Assembly: GCA_030586555.1 (NCBI GenBank)
Contig: JAURAC010000007.1
Coordinates: forward strand, 1 to 64,000
Direction of reading: 5' to 3'
Length of the DNA: 64,000 nucleotides
Source of the DNA: Candidatus Subterrananammoxibius californiae
GTDB lineage: Bacteria; Planctomycetota; Brocadiia; Brocadiales; Subterrananammoxibiaceae
A model generated the notes under the pieces. The model was given only the letters and a program-made list of their open reading frames with translations. It was not told the origin of the DNA and did not search any database. Below, in pieces: positions 20,446 to 29,802 of this stretch (position 1 is the first letter of the stretch; every line of letters begins with the position of its first letter). Both the position numbers and the translations under genes were made by a program.

Positions 20446-21018
20446 ATGCCCCACAATATAATCCTTGGCGTAACAGGAAGTATTGCAGCATACAAGGCTG
20501 CAGAAATAGCATCAAAATTAAATGCCATTGGTCATGACGTTACGGTTATAATGACAGCATCTGCACAGCAATTTATAAACCCTCTGACCTTTCGTACACT
20601 TTCCAAAAACCAGATAATAACGCACCTTTTTGAGGATATTGCTTACGACCCTCTGCATGTTTCATTGGTTGATAAAGCGGACCTCGTCATTATAGCCCCT
20701 GCAACGGCTAACATCATTGGCAAGATCGCTTCAGGAATTGCAGATGATATATTGACATGTACAATAATGGCAACAAAATCACCTGTCTTGATTGCCCCAG
20801 CAATGGACGATAGGATGTATACGAACCCTCTTGTGCAAGAAAATATCAAGAAACTTAAAGGACTCGGTTATAAGTTTATAGGTCCAGAAAAAGGGCGACT
20901 TGCCTCAGGCCGGATAGGTTTGGGCAGGCTGGCTGCAATCGAACTAATACTCAAGGCAATTGAAAAGGAACTGGGTACAAAGGTTAAGAGGTTAAAAGGT
21001 AAAAAGGTGAAAAGGTAA
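20446..21018 (+). CDS. coaC: Phosphopantothenoylcysteine decarboxylase (stand-alone CoaC flavoprotein)
   Basis: GVTGSIAAYKA, APATANIIGKIA.GIADD, APAMD; ends before any CoaB domain. Confidence 0.88.
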   Translation: MPHNIILGVTGSIAAYKAAEIASKLNAIGHDVTVIMTASAQQFINPLTFRTLSKNQIITHLFEDIAYDPLHVSLVDKADLVIIAPATANIIGKIASGIADDILTCTIMATKSPVLIAPAMDDRMYTNPLVQENIKKLKGLGYKFIGPEKGRLASGRIGLGRLAAIELILKAIEKELGTKVKRLKGKKVKR

Positions 21019-21056
21019 AAGACCTCTTAACCTCTTTGCCTCTTTACCTTTTAACC
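20980..21056. repeat. Inverted octamer arrays overlapping the coaC stop
   Basis: aagaggtt aaaaggta aaaaggtg aaaaggta / acctctta acctcttt gcctcttt acctttta. Confidence 0.8.
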
Positions 21057-21073
21057 GTTCCATCGTTTGGCTA

Positions 21074-21102
21074 TTGACTTAGGCTAAGGTATGCCTTATA
21101 AT
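21074..21102 (+). promoter_or_regulatory. Sigma70 promoter for dut
   Basis: TTGACT-N17-TATAAT. Confidence 0.7.
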
Positions 21103-21113
21103 CGCCAACAGTT

Positions 21114-21563
21114 ATGCAAAAGGTCGAAGTCAGGATAAAACGTAAAGAGGGATGTAATGACCTCCCGCTTCCCCAATACATGAGCGAAGGGGCAAGCGGA
21201 ATGGACCTTTACGCCGCCGTTGATGAGACCGTCCTCCTTAAACCAAAGGATATAAAACTTATACCCACAGGGATATATATTGCAGTGCCGAGAGGCTATG
21301 AAGCCCAGGTTAGACCACGCAGCGGGCTCGCACTAAAACATGGATTAACAATCGTCAATACCCCGGGAACAATTGACTCAGATTACAGGGGAGAGGTTTG
21401 TGTAATTCTCACTAATATCGGAAAGGAGCCTGTTGAGATAAAGCGTGCCATGAGGATTGCACAATTAATTATTTTACCAGTCATTCGCGCCGAACTATTA
21501 GAGGTTCAGGAATTAGATAAAACCGCCCGAAACATTGGCGGGTTTGCATCCACAGGTTTCTAA
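21114..21563 (+). CDS. dut: dUTP diphosphatase
   Basis: GMDL, RPRSGLA, GTIDSDYRGE, RIAQL, R..GGFASTG. Confidence 0.97.
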   Translation: MQKVEVRIKRKEGCNDLPLPQYMSEGASGMDLYAAVDETVLLKPKDIKLIPTGIYIAVPRGYEAQVRPRSGLALKHGLTIVNTPGTIDSDYRGEVCVILTNIGKEPVEIKRAMRIAQLIILPVIRAELLEVQELDKTARNIGGFASTGF

Positions 21564-21665
21564 AAAACTATGGAGTGCATCGGCCATGTAGCTGCGTATT
21601 TGCGTTGACAAAGTCAAAGCACTTCACAAAAATAATACTTGCTTTGGCTTTCATAGGAGGTCAAA

Positions 21666-21893
21666 ATGGTATGTGACATCAGTGGACAAAAAGGTGCACG
21701 TATCCACAGGGTCGCCGAAACCTATGGTAAGGGTTGAGCCTTGTTAGTGATAAAGAATATCCCTATGATAAGTGGTCCCCACTGTGTGGAAAGTTACTTT
21801 ACGGCAGAAACACTTCACGAGATTGAACGTATCAGACTTCATTGTAAGAGACTTGCTGTTGAATATCCTGTAAAAGTTGCCAGCTTTGTATAG
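21666..21893 (+). pseudogene. YgiT/MqsA-type zinc-finger antitoxin-like pseudogene
   Basis: GGAGG SD; MVCDISGQKGARIHRVAETYGKG*ALLVIKNIPMISGPHCVESYFTAETLHEIE...; internal TGA at 21735 and both CxxC pairs degenerate. Confidence 0.8.
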
Positions 21894-21908
21894 CAGGGAA
21901 AGGCAAAG

Positions 21909-24083
21909 ATGAAAAGCATTATAAGGTTTCCAATTGCAACATTCCTTATGGCTCTTGCGCTTTTTGTGTTTGCAAGCCTTTTGACCTTCAACTCAAACGA
22001 CCCGCCGTTTGGAGATTATCCTCAAAACGTTCCACTTAAAAATTATTGTGGCTGGGTGGGTTCGGTACTTTCCGGCTATGCCATTATTGCTTTTGACAAG
22101 ACCTCATATATATTCCCATTCCTGATAAGCTTGTTAGGAATTTATCTCTTTACACGTGGGCAGAAAAGCACACTCTGGATTAAGATTATAGGTGGAGTAT
22201 TGCTTGTTTTCTCTACAGCCCCCATATTTGCGGTCGTAGGGCATTCTTTTAAGTTATCAGAGCAATTTTCCCAAACAGGCGGTATTGTAGGTGCGGTAAT
22301 TGCCCCCAAGCTAATCAGCTATTTTGGAGTCCTTGGGACATACATTATCATATCTTTAGGGTTTTGTGGTGCTTTAGCACTTATTTTAAATATGGGCATC
22401 ATTACACCGTTTGTATGGATATTTAATAAACTAAAATACAGGCATTTAAAGCCAAAAACTCCCCATATGCTTTCCCATCCTGTGGAAGTGGGTCAGGAGC
22501 CGAAAGTAAAGACTATAGAATCGAGAGTCAGAAGTCAAGCGTCAAGAATTGAAAGTTGGGAGTCGGAAACCATGACTCAGGACTCAAGTGACCACATGCA
22601 ATTGCCAATTGAACTACTTGACCCGCCAGAACCAAAACATAAGTCAGAAAGTGATACAATAACCTTAGAAAAGGCAGAAGTCCTCAAAAATACCCTTTTG
22701 CAGTTTGAAGTTTCCGCCGAGTTTGTAGGGTTTGAAAAAGGACCTTCTGTAACCATGTATGAACTCGAACTCGCCCCGGGAACGAAGGTTGGGAAGATAA
22801 TAGGGCTTTCTGACGACCTTGCAATAGCGCTTAAAGCGCCGAGCGTACGGGTTGTCGCCCCAATACCTGGTAAGTCATCCATAGGCATTGAAGTTCCAAA
22901 CACATATAGAAGAAAGGTCGTTTTACGGGAATTGTTTGAGTTCTTCCAATCGGGCGAAAACGAGTTTAACAAGCAAGCAATTCCCTTACTGCTTGGTAAA
23001 GACATAGCAGGGTATCCTGTCATTTCAGACCTATCGGTTATGCCTCACCTTTTGATAGCTGGCACTACCGGGTCTGGTAAGTCTGTCTGTCTCAATTCGG
23101 TAATATTAAGCATATTATTTAAAAAGAGTAAGAATGATGTAAAACTGTTGTTAGTTGACCCGAAGATGGTGGAACTTTCTGCATTTTCAAATATACCACA
23201 CCTGATTAACCCTGTCGTTACTGATATGAAGGAGGCTGCAGCAGTTCTTGAATGGGCTGTAAATAAGATGGACGAACGTTACAGCCTTCTTGCAAGGGCA
23301 GGGGTAAGAAATCTAACTGCATACAATAAACTGGGTCAGCGTGAGATTAGAAAGAGACTCAATCCCGAAGGGGATGCTGAACTTGACGTTGAATCATTCC
23401 ATCTTCCGCACATTGTAATTATAGCCGATGAACTTGCCGATTTGATGATGGTTGCCTCTAAGCGGGTAGAAACGGCAATAATACGGCTTTCACAAAAATC
23501 GCGCGCCGTTGGCATCCACCTTGTTTTAGCAACACAGAGACCATCTGTAGATGTTATCACAGGGTTAATCAAATCAAATCTTCCTGCTCGCATCTCCTTT
23601 CAAGTAGCTTCAAAGGTAGATTCCCGCACCATCCTTGACCAGAATGGCGCTGAAAAATTACTTGGCAGTGGCGACATGCTTTTCTTGCCACCGGGCACAT
23701 CCAAGCTTATCAGGGTACAAGGAACCTATGTCAGCGATGCTGAAGTAAGGCGTGTAGTGGAATTCCTCAGAGAACGTGAGATGCCAGAATTTAGTACAGA
23801 GCTAAAGCAATTAAAAACGCTATCCCAGCCCACTCGTGGTGAAGAAAGAGATGACCTATATAATGACGCCGTAAGGATTGTCCTGTCTACAAAACGAGGG
23901 TCTGTTTCACTGCTGCAAAGGAAGCTCGAAATTGGCTATGCACGCGCAGCGAGACTGATTGATATAATGGCAGAGGATGGACTTGTAGGCGATTTTAAGG
24001 ATGGCCAGGCACGAGAGGTGCTCATGACATTAGAGGAGTGGGATGAAAGAGCTGCGCAAAATATAGCAGACAATAGACAGTAG
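21909..24083 (+). CDS. ftsK: DNA translocase FtsK
   Basis: 4TM N-terminus, PHLLIAGTTGSGKS, DELADLMM, ATQRPSVDVITG, gamma domain (SLLQRKL.IGY.RAARL). Confidence 0.97.
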   Translation: MKSIIRFPIATFLMALALFVFASLLTFNSNDPPFGDYPQNVPLKNYCGWVGSVLSGYAIIAFDKTSYIFPFLISLLGIYLFTRGQKSTLWIKIIGGVLLVFSTAPIFAVVGHSFKLSEQFSQTGGIVGAVIAPKLISYFGVLGTYIIISLGFCGALALILNMGIITPFVWIFNKLKYRHLKPKTPHMLSHPVEVGQEPKVKTIESRVRSQASRIESWESETMTQDSSDHMQLPIELLDPPEPKHKSESDTITLEKAEVLKNTLLQFEVSAEFVGFEKGPSVTMYELELAPGTKVGKIIGLSDDLAIALKAPSVRVVAPIPGKSSIGIEVPNTYRRKVVLRELFEFFQSGENEFNKQAIPLLLGKDIAGYPVISDLSVMPHLLIAGTTGSGKSVCLNSVILSILFKKSKNDVKLLLVDPKMVELSAFSNIPHLINPVVTDMKEAAAVLEWAVNKMDERYSLLARAGVRNLTAYNKLGQREIRKRLNPEGDAELDVESFHLPHIVIIADELADLMMVASKRVETAIIRLSQKSRAVGIHLVLATQRPSVDVITGLIKSNLPARISFQVASKVDSRTILDQNGAEKLLGSGDMLFLPPGTSKLIRVQGTYVSDAEVRRVVEFLREREMPEFSTELKQLKTLSQPTRGEERDDLYNDAVRIVLSTKRGSVSLLQRKLEIGYARAARLIDIMAEDGLVGDFKDGQAREVLMTLEEWDERAAQNIADNRQ
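22491..22588. repeat. GAGTCNN heptamer array in-frame in the FtsK linker
   Basis: gagtcag aagtcaa gcgtcaa gaattga aagttgg gagtcgg ... gactcag gactcaa. Confidence 0.7.
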
Positions 24084-24136
24084 ACAGGAATATATGGTAA
24101 CCGCACAACTATCTACTCGAAACAGGTTTTACAATT

Positions 24137-25558
24137 ATGAAATTACCAAAGGTTGCTTTAATTAGTCTTGGATGTCCAAAGAATCTCGTGGATTCAGAGA
24201 AAATACTGGGCCGTGTTGCTGAAAATGGATGCGTGATTTGCCAGAACCCAGAAGACGCCGACGTCCTCATTGTTAATACGTGTGGTTTTATAGAATCCGC
24301 AAAAGAAGAGTCTATAGATACTATACTTGAGGCATCCAAGCTAAAAACAGCATCATCCGCCTCTGGCAGATACAGCCGGCTGATAGTAACGGGCTGCCTT
24401 GCTCAGCGTTATAAGGAATCTCTACGAACAGAAATCCCAGAAATTGATAACGTAATCGGTCTTGGCGAGTTCGATACTATCGCTGACTTAATCAATCCAA
24501 CCCTACCATCACCATCGAATGGGAAGGGTAGGAGTGTGGAAACAAGATGTGGTGATGACTGGAAAACAAGGCTGCGTCTCACACCAAAGCATTACGCCTA
24601 TCTCAGAATATCAGAGGGATGCAATAATCCCTGTACGTACTGCGCTATCCCTGCAATTCGAGGTCCCTTCCGCAGCAGACCTCTAAAACAAATAATAGAA
24701 GAAGCGGAACAACTTGCAATAGACGGCGCAAAGGAATTGAACATTGTTGCTGAAGATACAACTGCTTACGGCATTGACCTCTACAAAGAGCAAAGGCTTC
24801 ATACATTATTACGTAAACTCTCCAGAATAGATTCTGTTCACTGGATTAGACTGCTTTATACCCATCCTGCGCATTTCTATTCAGAGCTTATAGAAGAAAT
24901 CGCCAGAAATGAGAAGGTATGCAAGTATATTGACCTCCCCATTCAACATATTAATAACGAGATACTCAAGAGGATGGGCAGAAAGGTTACCCGTATACAG
25001 ATTGAACGCCTCATTGAAGAATTGCGCAGCAAGGTTCCCGGACTCTTTATAAGGACATCTGTAATTGTTGGGTTTCCCGGCGAAACAGAAAAACAATTTG
25101 ACGAGTTACTTCGGTTTATAGAAGATACCGCCTTTGAGCGGCTCGGCGCTTTTACCTATTCAAAAGAAGAAGGCACAAAGGCAGCTAATATGAAGAAGCA
25201 AGCTTCTAAAAAGACTCAAGAAAGACGTTTAGAACAAGTAATGAGCGTTCAGCAGAAAATTGCCTTCAAAAAGAATAAACAAATGATTGGCAAGACACTC
25301 GAAGTGCTAATTGAAGAACGCGCCCGCATTGAGGGCGCCCGGAATGGTTTTAGAGGCTGGCTTGGAAGGTCTTACGGAGATGCACCAGATGTTGATAGTA
25401 ACGTATTAGTACAAGGTACGGTTCCCATCCCGCTCATCTACAAGGCAGGGCGTAGGGCGACGGTTGGAAATTTCTGTCAAGTTTTAATAACTGATACAAA
25501 GGATTACGACCTCTGTGGAGTGCAGAACGCGGAGTTCGGAATGCGGAGTGCGGAGTAA
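24137..25558 (+). CDS. rimO: Ribosomal protein uS12 methylthiotransferase RimO
   Basis: SLGCPKNLVDSE, NTCGFI, GCLAQRY, ISEGCNNPCTYCAIP, TRAM domain. Confidence 0.96.
   Translation: MKLPKVALISLGCPKNLVDSEKILGRVAENGCVICQNPEDADVLIVNTCGFIESAKEESIDTILEASKLKTASSASGRYSRLIVTGCLAQRYKESLRTEIPEIDNVIGLGEFDTIADLINPTLPSPSNGKGRSVETRCGDDWKTRLRLTPKHYAYLRISEGCNNPCTYCAIPAIRGPFRSRPLKQIIEEAEQLAIDGAKELNIVAEDTTAYGIDLYKEQRLHTLLRKLSRIDSVHWIRLLYTHPAHFYSELIEEIARNEKVCKYIDLPIQHINNEILKRMGRKVTRIQIERLIEELRSKVPGLFIRTSVIVGFPGETEKQFDELLRFIEDTAFERLGAFTYSKEEGTKAANMKKQASKKTQERRLEQVMSVQQKIAFKKNKQMIGKTLEVLIEERARIEGARNGFRGWLGRSYGDAPDVDSNVLVQGTVPIPLIYKAGRRATVGNFCQVLITDTKDYDLCGVQNAEFGMRSAE
25517..25556. repeat. Heptamer array forming the RimO C-terminus
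   Basis: gagtgca gaacgcg gagttcg gaatgcg gagtgcg gagt. Confidence 0.75.
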
Positions 25559-26118
25559 TGCCACATATAAATTTGCCAAACAAATTAACGATGTCACGGT
25601 TAATACTTGCCATTATATTTTTTGTATTTCTTTCTTACAGATTTTTTGATATAGCATTAGTGGCGTTCTTGTTTGCAGGGCTTACCGACTGGTTTGACGG
25701 GTATCTTGCAAGAAAACGGGGGTTGTTAACCGAGTTCGGTAGGATAGCAGACCCTTTTGTAGATAAAATAATAATTTGTGGAGGGTTTATTACACTCATC
25801 CTTCATGCACAAACCGTACTTGCGCCATGGATGGTGGTTGTTATTGTTGCCAGAGAATTCTTAATTAACAGCCTGCGCAGTTACTCCGAAATGAAAAACA
25901 TTCCTACACCAAGCAACATGTGGGGGAAGTCCAAGATGTTCCTGCAAACCGTAACTATCGGCGCTCTTCTGTTATTTTTTGGCCACTTTCAAACGAATCC
26001 ATGGGCATGGACAGTGGTCACTATCCTACTTTGGGCAACAATTAGCTTAACCGTAGTCTCAGGACTCCACTACATCATCAAAGCCCGTCAGACCCTCTTA
26101 ACAGCGTTAAGTACTTAG
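25558..26118 (+). CDS. pgsA: CDP-diacylglycerol--glycerol-3-phosphate 3-phosphatidyltransferase
   Basis: NLPNKLT..R, TDWFDGYLAR, G...DPFVDK. Confidence 0.95.
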   Translation: MPHINLPNKLTMSRLILAIIFFVFLSYRFFDIALVAFLFAGLTDWFDGYLARKRGLLTEFGRIADPFVDKIIICGGFITLILHAQTVLAPWMVVVIVAREFLINSLRSYSEMKNIPTPSNMWGKSKMFLQTVTIGALLLFFGHFQTNPWAWTVVTILLWATISLTVVSGLHYIIKARQTLLTALST

Positions 26119-26235
26119 TAAAGTTGGGAGAGATGTTGCATTAACAAGGTTAATACATTCCAAAGTTGGATATAAAGTAAGGTTTTTAAGCATTAGAAAA
26201 TACTAAGAATCTTTAAGAATAAAGGACGAATCAAA

Positions 26236-27372
26236 ATGCGAAGATACCCGTTAATTTGCCTTATAATACTTGGTCTTATGTTTAGTTTATGCCGTTTAAC
26301 CTTGGCAATTTCCTATACTGCAATAGATGTCCCTGGTGCTGTTTGGACCGATGCTGACGGTATCAACGATGCAGGCAAAATTGTGGGATCGTACTCTGAT
26401 GGCAATAGTCAACACGGCTTTTCACTCGATGGTGGCAACTTTGGCGTGATTGATTTCCCTGGCGCTGTCGCAACAGCGGCTTTTGGTATCAACGATGTCG
26501 GTCAGATTGTGGGTGTATATTTGGAGAATAGTGGTAAGGTAAGTGGCTTTTTGCTTGATGGCGGAAGCTTCAGTACGATAGATGTCCCTGGCGCCGTTTG
26601 GACCGAGGCTGACGGTATCAACGATATAGGCAAAATTGTGGGATCGTACTCTGATGGCAGTAGTCAACACGGCTTTTTACTCGATGGTGGCAGCTTTAGC
26701 GTGATTGATTTCCCCGGCGCTGTCGCAACAGCGGCTTTTGGTATCAACGATGTCGGTCAGATTGTGGGTGCATATTTGGAGAACAGTGGTAAGGTAAGTG
26801 GCTTTTTGCTTGATGGCGGAAGCTTCAGTACAATAGCTTTCCCCGGTGCTGATGTTACCTATGCCTTCGGGATCAACAATACCAGCCAGATTGTGGGATT
26901 TTACGCCGATGGTCATGGGGACCATGGCTTTTTGTTTATCGGGGGTAGCTTCAGCACGATTGATGTCCCCAGTGCCAACGATACGTATGTCTATGGAACA
27001 AACAATAACAGCCAGATCGTGGGGGAGTACTCTGATACCATTGGATTTCATGGCTTTGTATCAACTGTATGTCATTGTTTTACCGATAACCCTACAGGCT
27101 GTGTATCTGGCAGTGTGACAAATTACGCAGGCCAGCCTCTTGTTGGAAAGACAGTAATATTAACGAGGATAAACCCAAAACCAAGGCTAAGAAAGAAAGT
27201 TTTAACAGACAGCAATGGATGTTATCGTTTTACTGATTTTGAGGATAAAATAGCCATATATAAAGTAGAAGTAAAAAAAAGGTGCAGAGGTGGCGGCACT
27301 AAACTCGTAATTGTTCGTTACGGTTCGGGTGTTAATGGTGTGGATTTTGTGTGTGAAAAGAGGAGACGGTGA
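26236..27372 (+). CDS. Secreted HAF-type repeat (beta-propeller-like) protein with C-terminal beta-sandwich
   Basis: Signal peptide; six ~42-aa repeats (G.N..G/SQ/KIVG...GF); C-terminal SGSVT..GQPL.G..V..TDSNG.YRF domain. Confidence 0.85.
   Translation: MRRYPLICLIILGLMFSLCRLTLAISYTAIDVPGAVWTDADGINDAGKIVGSYSDGNSQHGFSLDGGNFGVIDFPGAVATAAFGINDVGQIVGVYLENSGKVSGFLLDGGSFSTIDVPGAVWTEADGINDIGKIVGSYSDGSSQHGFLLDGGSFSVIDFPGAVATAAFGINDVGQIVGAYLENSGKVSGFLLDGGSFSTIAFPGADVTYAFGINNTSQIVGFYADGHGDHGFLFIGGSFSTIDVPSANDTYVYGTNNNSQIVGEYSDTIGFHGFVSTVCHCFTDNPTGCVSGSVTNYAGQPLVGKTVILTRINPKPRLRKKVLTDSNGCYRFTDFEDKIAIYKVEVKKRCRGGGTKLVIVRYGSGVNGVDFVCEKRRR
26323..26832 (+). repeat. Near-identical 255-bp tandem duplication inside the HAF-repeat gene
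   Basis: 26323-26577 is repeated at 26578-26832 (85-aa period). Confidence 0.92.
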
Positions 27373-27439
27373 AGATATTCAGACCGTCCACTTTCTCAAA
27401 CGGTTCAATAATGCGCAAGGGCGTGAATGGGCCGCGCAT

Positions 27440-27541
27440 GAGATTGCTTCGCTACGCTCGCAATGACAAATGGGTGGTTGCGATTCGCCTGAGGTGGAGA
27501 AGCAATCCCGAGGAGATTCTTCGCTATCGCTCAGAATGGCA
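27440..27541. repeat. Composite GAGATT(G)CTTCG..AATG(A/G)C palindromic element supplying the NTPase stop codon
   Basis: gagattgcttcgctacgctcgcaatgac ... gaagcaatc ... gagattcttcgctatcgctcagaatggc; related half-element at 35178-35215. Confidence 0.75.
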
Positions 27542-28055
27542 GGGTCTCAAAAAGATGTGCAATTTCTGCAGGAATGGTGTTTCTATTTTCGTAAGTAATT
27601 GTAAATATCTTAACATCGTTTCGGGCTTTAATGGCATTAATAAATCCATCACTGCCCCTTTTAATGACGCCGAGTACAGGCTTCTTTGAGTCAAGGGCTT
27701 TAATTACGGCTTCTTTGAATCCTTCAGAAAAGAGTTCCATCTTTCCTATCTCATCTATGACAATCAGTTCTTTATCTTTAATTGCCGATTCTATTGCAGG
27801 GATAGCAATCTGCTCGAAGGATTGAACATCTACGCCGTATTTACCCACATTATAGGGGCTTTTAAAGTTAATATGCGAAAGCACGCCCTTTTGCCCGTCC
27901 AGTGTTTCTACTGCAAATCCTTCTCTATTACCTTTTACCCTTATCTCCTCTGTAAAGAAGCCGCCCGCCTTTACATTTAATAGTGGTATAACGGTTTTAA
28001 TTACAGTTGTTTTGCCCACTCCGGGGCTACCGGTTATAAGCACATTTTTAAACAT
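27531..28055 (-). CDS. THEP1-like nucleoside triphosphatase (NTPase_1)
   Basis: ITGSPGVGKTT, GGFFTEEIR, VGKYGVD, IVIDEIGKMEL; start set at MFKNV. Confidence 0.92.
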   Translation of the reverse strand: MFKNVLITGSPGVGKTTVIKTVIPLLNVKAGGFFTEEIRVKGNREGFAVETLDGQKGVLSHINFKSPYNVGKYGVDVQSFEQIAIPAIESAIKDKELIVIDEIGKMELFSEGFKEAVIKALDSKKPVLGVIKRGSDGFINAIKARNDVKIFTITYENRNTIPAEIAHLFETLPF

Positions 28056-28977
28056 GATAGTCTTCATATGTGGAATCAAGACGCACGGAGCCGATTCGGA
28101 TGGTCTTTACATCCTTGACCCCCTCACCCTTACCTATCCCCTCGAGGGAGGGGGATTGGGGTAAGGGAGTAAGGCAGGATATTTCTTTACGGTTTATATT
28201 TACTTCGTCAATGATTCCGAGGCAGACTAAAAAATTTTCACTGTTGTTAAGACCTATTAGAATGCCTTCAAAATCCCCCTTTACTGAAGGCTGATTTTCA
28301 ACGTAAGCTGTATAAGGATTTATTATGCTCACATTCTTCAAAGAAAAGACAGTTTGTCTGGCATTTTGAAAATACATCTTATATTTTATCTGACGATAAG
28401 CCCTGCGCTGGTCTTGAGACTTGAGTTTGACCTTGTCATGGACAGGGAAGCGGTGGATTGAAGAAAGCTCCCTTATCTCTTGGGGACGCAAGATATTCTC
28501 TATTTCGTCGGACCTTTGAATTGAAACAATATGTTTAGGAGAAACAGCCTCAATCTTTTGATATTTAAGTTCCCACGCAGCGCCGCCCGTTACAAATCCC
28601 GTAGTGTCAATAAGTGTAACATCGCAACCGTGCGAGCTATCTAATAACTTCCTTAACCCGATAACCATTTGTAATAGATGTCCCATTGGTGAGGTTGAAC
28701 CCACAAAGTAGCTCTTCTCAATTATCACTTCGGTTGATTTACGTATTGAAGGCTTAGCAAGATTTATAGTAGTAGGGACTCCATAAAATGATTGACCAAT
28801 ATCCGCATCTATTATTGACGTTAAGCACCCTCTATTATTAAGTTCTTTGAAGAGGTAGTTAATCAGTGTGGTCTTGCCTGTATCAGAGCTACCCAGCACG
28901 ATAACCACACCTCTATCGTTATAAATCTTTTCTGCCAATCCCTGCCAATATGCTGGCACATCAATCTCATTATTCAT
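28048..28977 (-). CDS. Clp1/Grc3-like polynucleotide 5'-hydroxyl kinase
   Basis: G..DTGKTT, IDADIGQS...PTTI, FVGSTSP.G, IDTTGFV.G, lid R..YR. Confidence 0.85.
   Translation of the reverse strand: MNNEIDVPAYWQGLAEKIYNDRGVVIVLGSSDTGKTTLINYLFKELNNRGCLTSIIDADIGQSFYGVPTTINLAKPSIRKSTEVIIEKSYFVGSTSPMGHLLQMVIGLRKLLDSSHGCDVTLIDTTGFVTGGAAWELKYQKIEAVSPKHIVSIQRSDEIENILRPQEIRELSSIHRFPVHDKVKLKSQDQRRAYRQIKYKMYFQNARQTVFSLKNVSIINPYTAYVENQPSVKGDFEGILIGLNNSENFLVCLGIIDEVNINRKEISCLTPLPQSPSLEGIGKGEGVKDVKTIRIGSVRLDSTYEDYHV
28118..28170. repeat. CCCCTC..GAGGG palindromic element in-frame in Clp1
   Basis: Encodes TPLPQSPSLEGIGKGEGV; related in-frame copy in rimO at about 24500-24532 (PTLPSPSNGKGR). Confidence 0.7.
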
Positions 28978-29728
28978 GCAGTAGGTTTGACTCTTTTATA
29001 ATCTCTTTAAAATGTATGGCATCATTAAACATGTAAATGTTATTAAACATGACGTATGTAGGGGCGAACGGCCGTTCGCCCCTACGGCTTACAATTTTCT
29101 CATTTAACCACAGCAAGTCGTCTATAGTAAACCTATACCTTACGCTACCCTTTCCATGCAGTCTATAGTAGACTATGTCGTTCGTATGAACAGGGTCACA
29201 CTTGAATGGGTCTACACAGTGCACCAAGTTTAAATCTGTGCATAAATTTTTTATGTCTTTCTCATTCCATTCACCCCTTGGCTCCCAGGCAAATATATAA
29301 TCCTTTCTGTCTATGGAATCAAAGAATTTTCTAAAATTATTAACATGTTCATCTGTTGGTATAAAACTGGCTGGACATTGAAAGATTATTATCTCCGTAC
29401 CTAACGCCGTTGCAATTTCATCAGTTTTCTGCCAAGCAGATAGCACCTCTTTTGTGGGTCTAAATGAGCCGTAATTCTTTTTCTTCTTTTCCGGAATATC
29501 AATATGAAGCCTGCGATAAGTAGGACTGTTAGGTTCGTGTGTTATTAACTGCCATGCCTTTAATGTAAATTCAAAATTTTCAGGGGCTTCTATCCTCCAC
29601 TTTTCAGCCGTTTTTAGCTCTGGTGGTTGATAAAATGTCTGCTGCAGTTCCACAACGTCAAAGTGGTCGTAATATCTTGCCTTTGCCACAGAAAAACCAC
29701 AACAGCCTATTTTAATGTTCATAGGCAT
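28970..29728 (-). CDS. DUF72 family protein
   Basis: IGCCGF, VELQQTFYQPP, FTLKAWQLITH, QCPASF, WEPRG, YRLHG, YVMFNN. Confidence 0.92.
   Translation of the reverse strand: MPMNIKIGCCGFSVAKARYYDHFDVVELQQTFYQPPELKTAEKWRIEAPENFEFTLKAWQLITHEPNSPTYRRLHIDIPEKKKKNYGSFRPTKEVLSAWQKTDEIATALGTEIIIFQCPASFIPTDEHVNNFRKFFDSIDRKDYIFAWEPRGEWNEKDIKNLCTDLNLVHCVDPFKCDPVHTNDIVYYRLHGKGSVRYRFTIDDLLWLNEKIVSRRGERPFAPTYVMFNNIYMFNDAIHFKEIIKESNLLHE
29058..29085. repeat. Perfect 28-bp GTAG REP palindrome in-frame in DUF72
   Basis: gtaggggcgaacggccgttcgcccctac, read as RRGERPFAPT. Confidence 0.9.
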
Positions 29729-29802
29729 ATATTATACCTTGTAGGTGAGTATTGCAATACGCACCTACTTTTTTTTGGAAAAAAACCTAAGGACAGGTTA
29801 AT

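Noticed and set aside
21735..21737. In-frame TGA as selenocysteine
   Set aside because: It is not at a Cys position and the zinc ligands are also degenerate, which fits pseudogenisation
27369..27689. 106-aa ORF after the HAF-repeat gene
   Set aside because: It is a translation of a palindromic repeat plus antisense NTPase sequence
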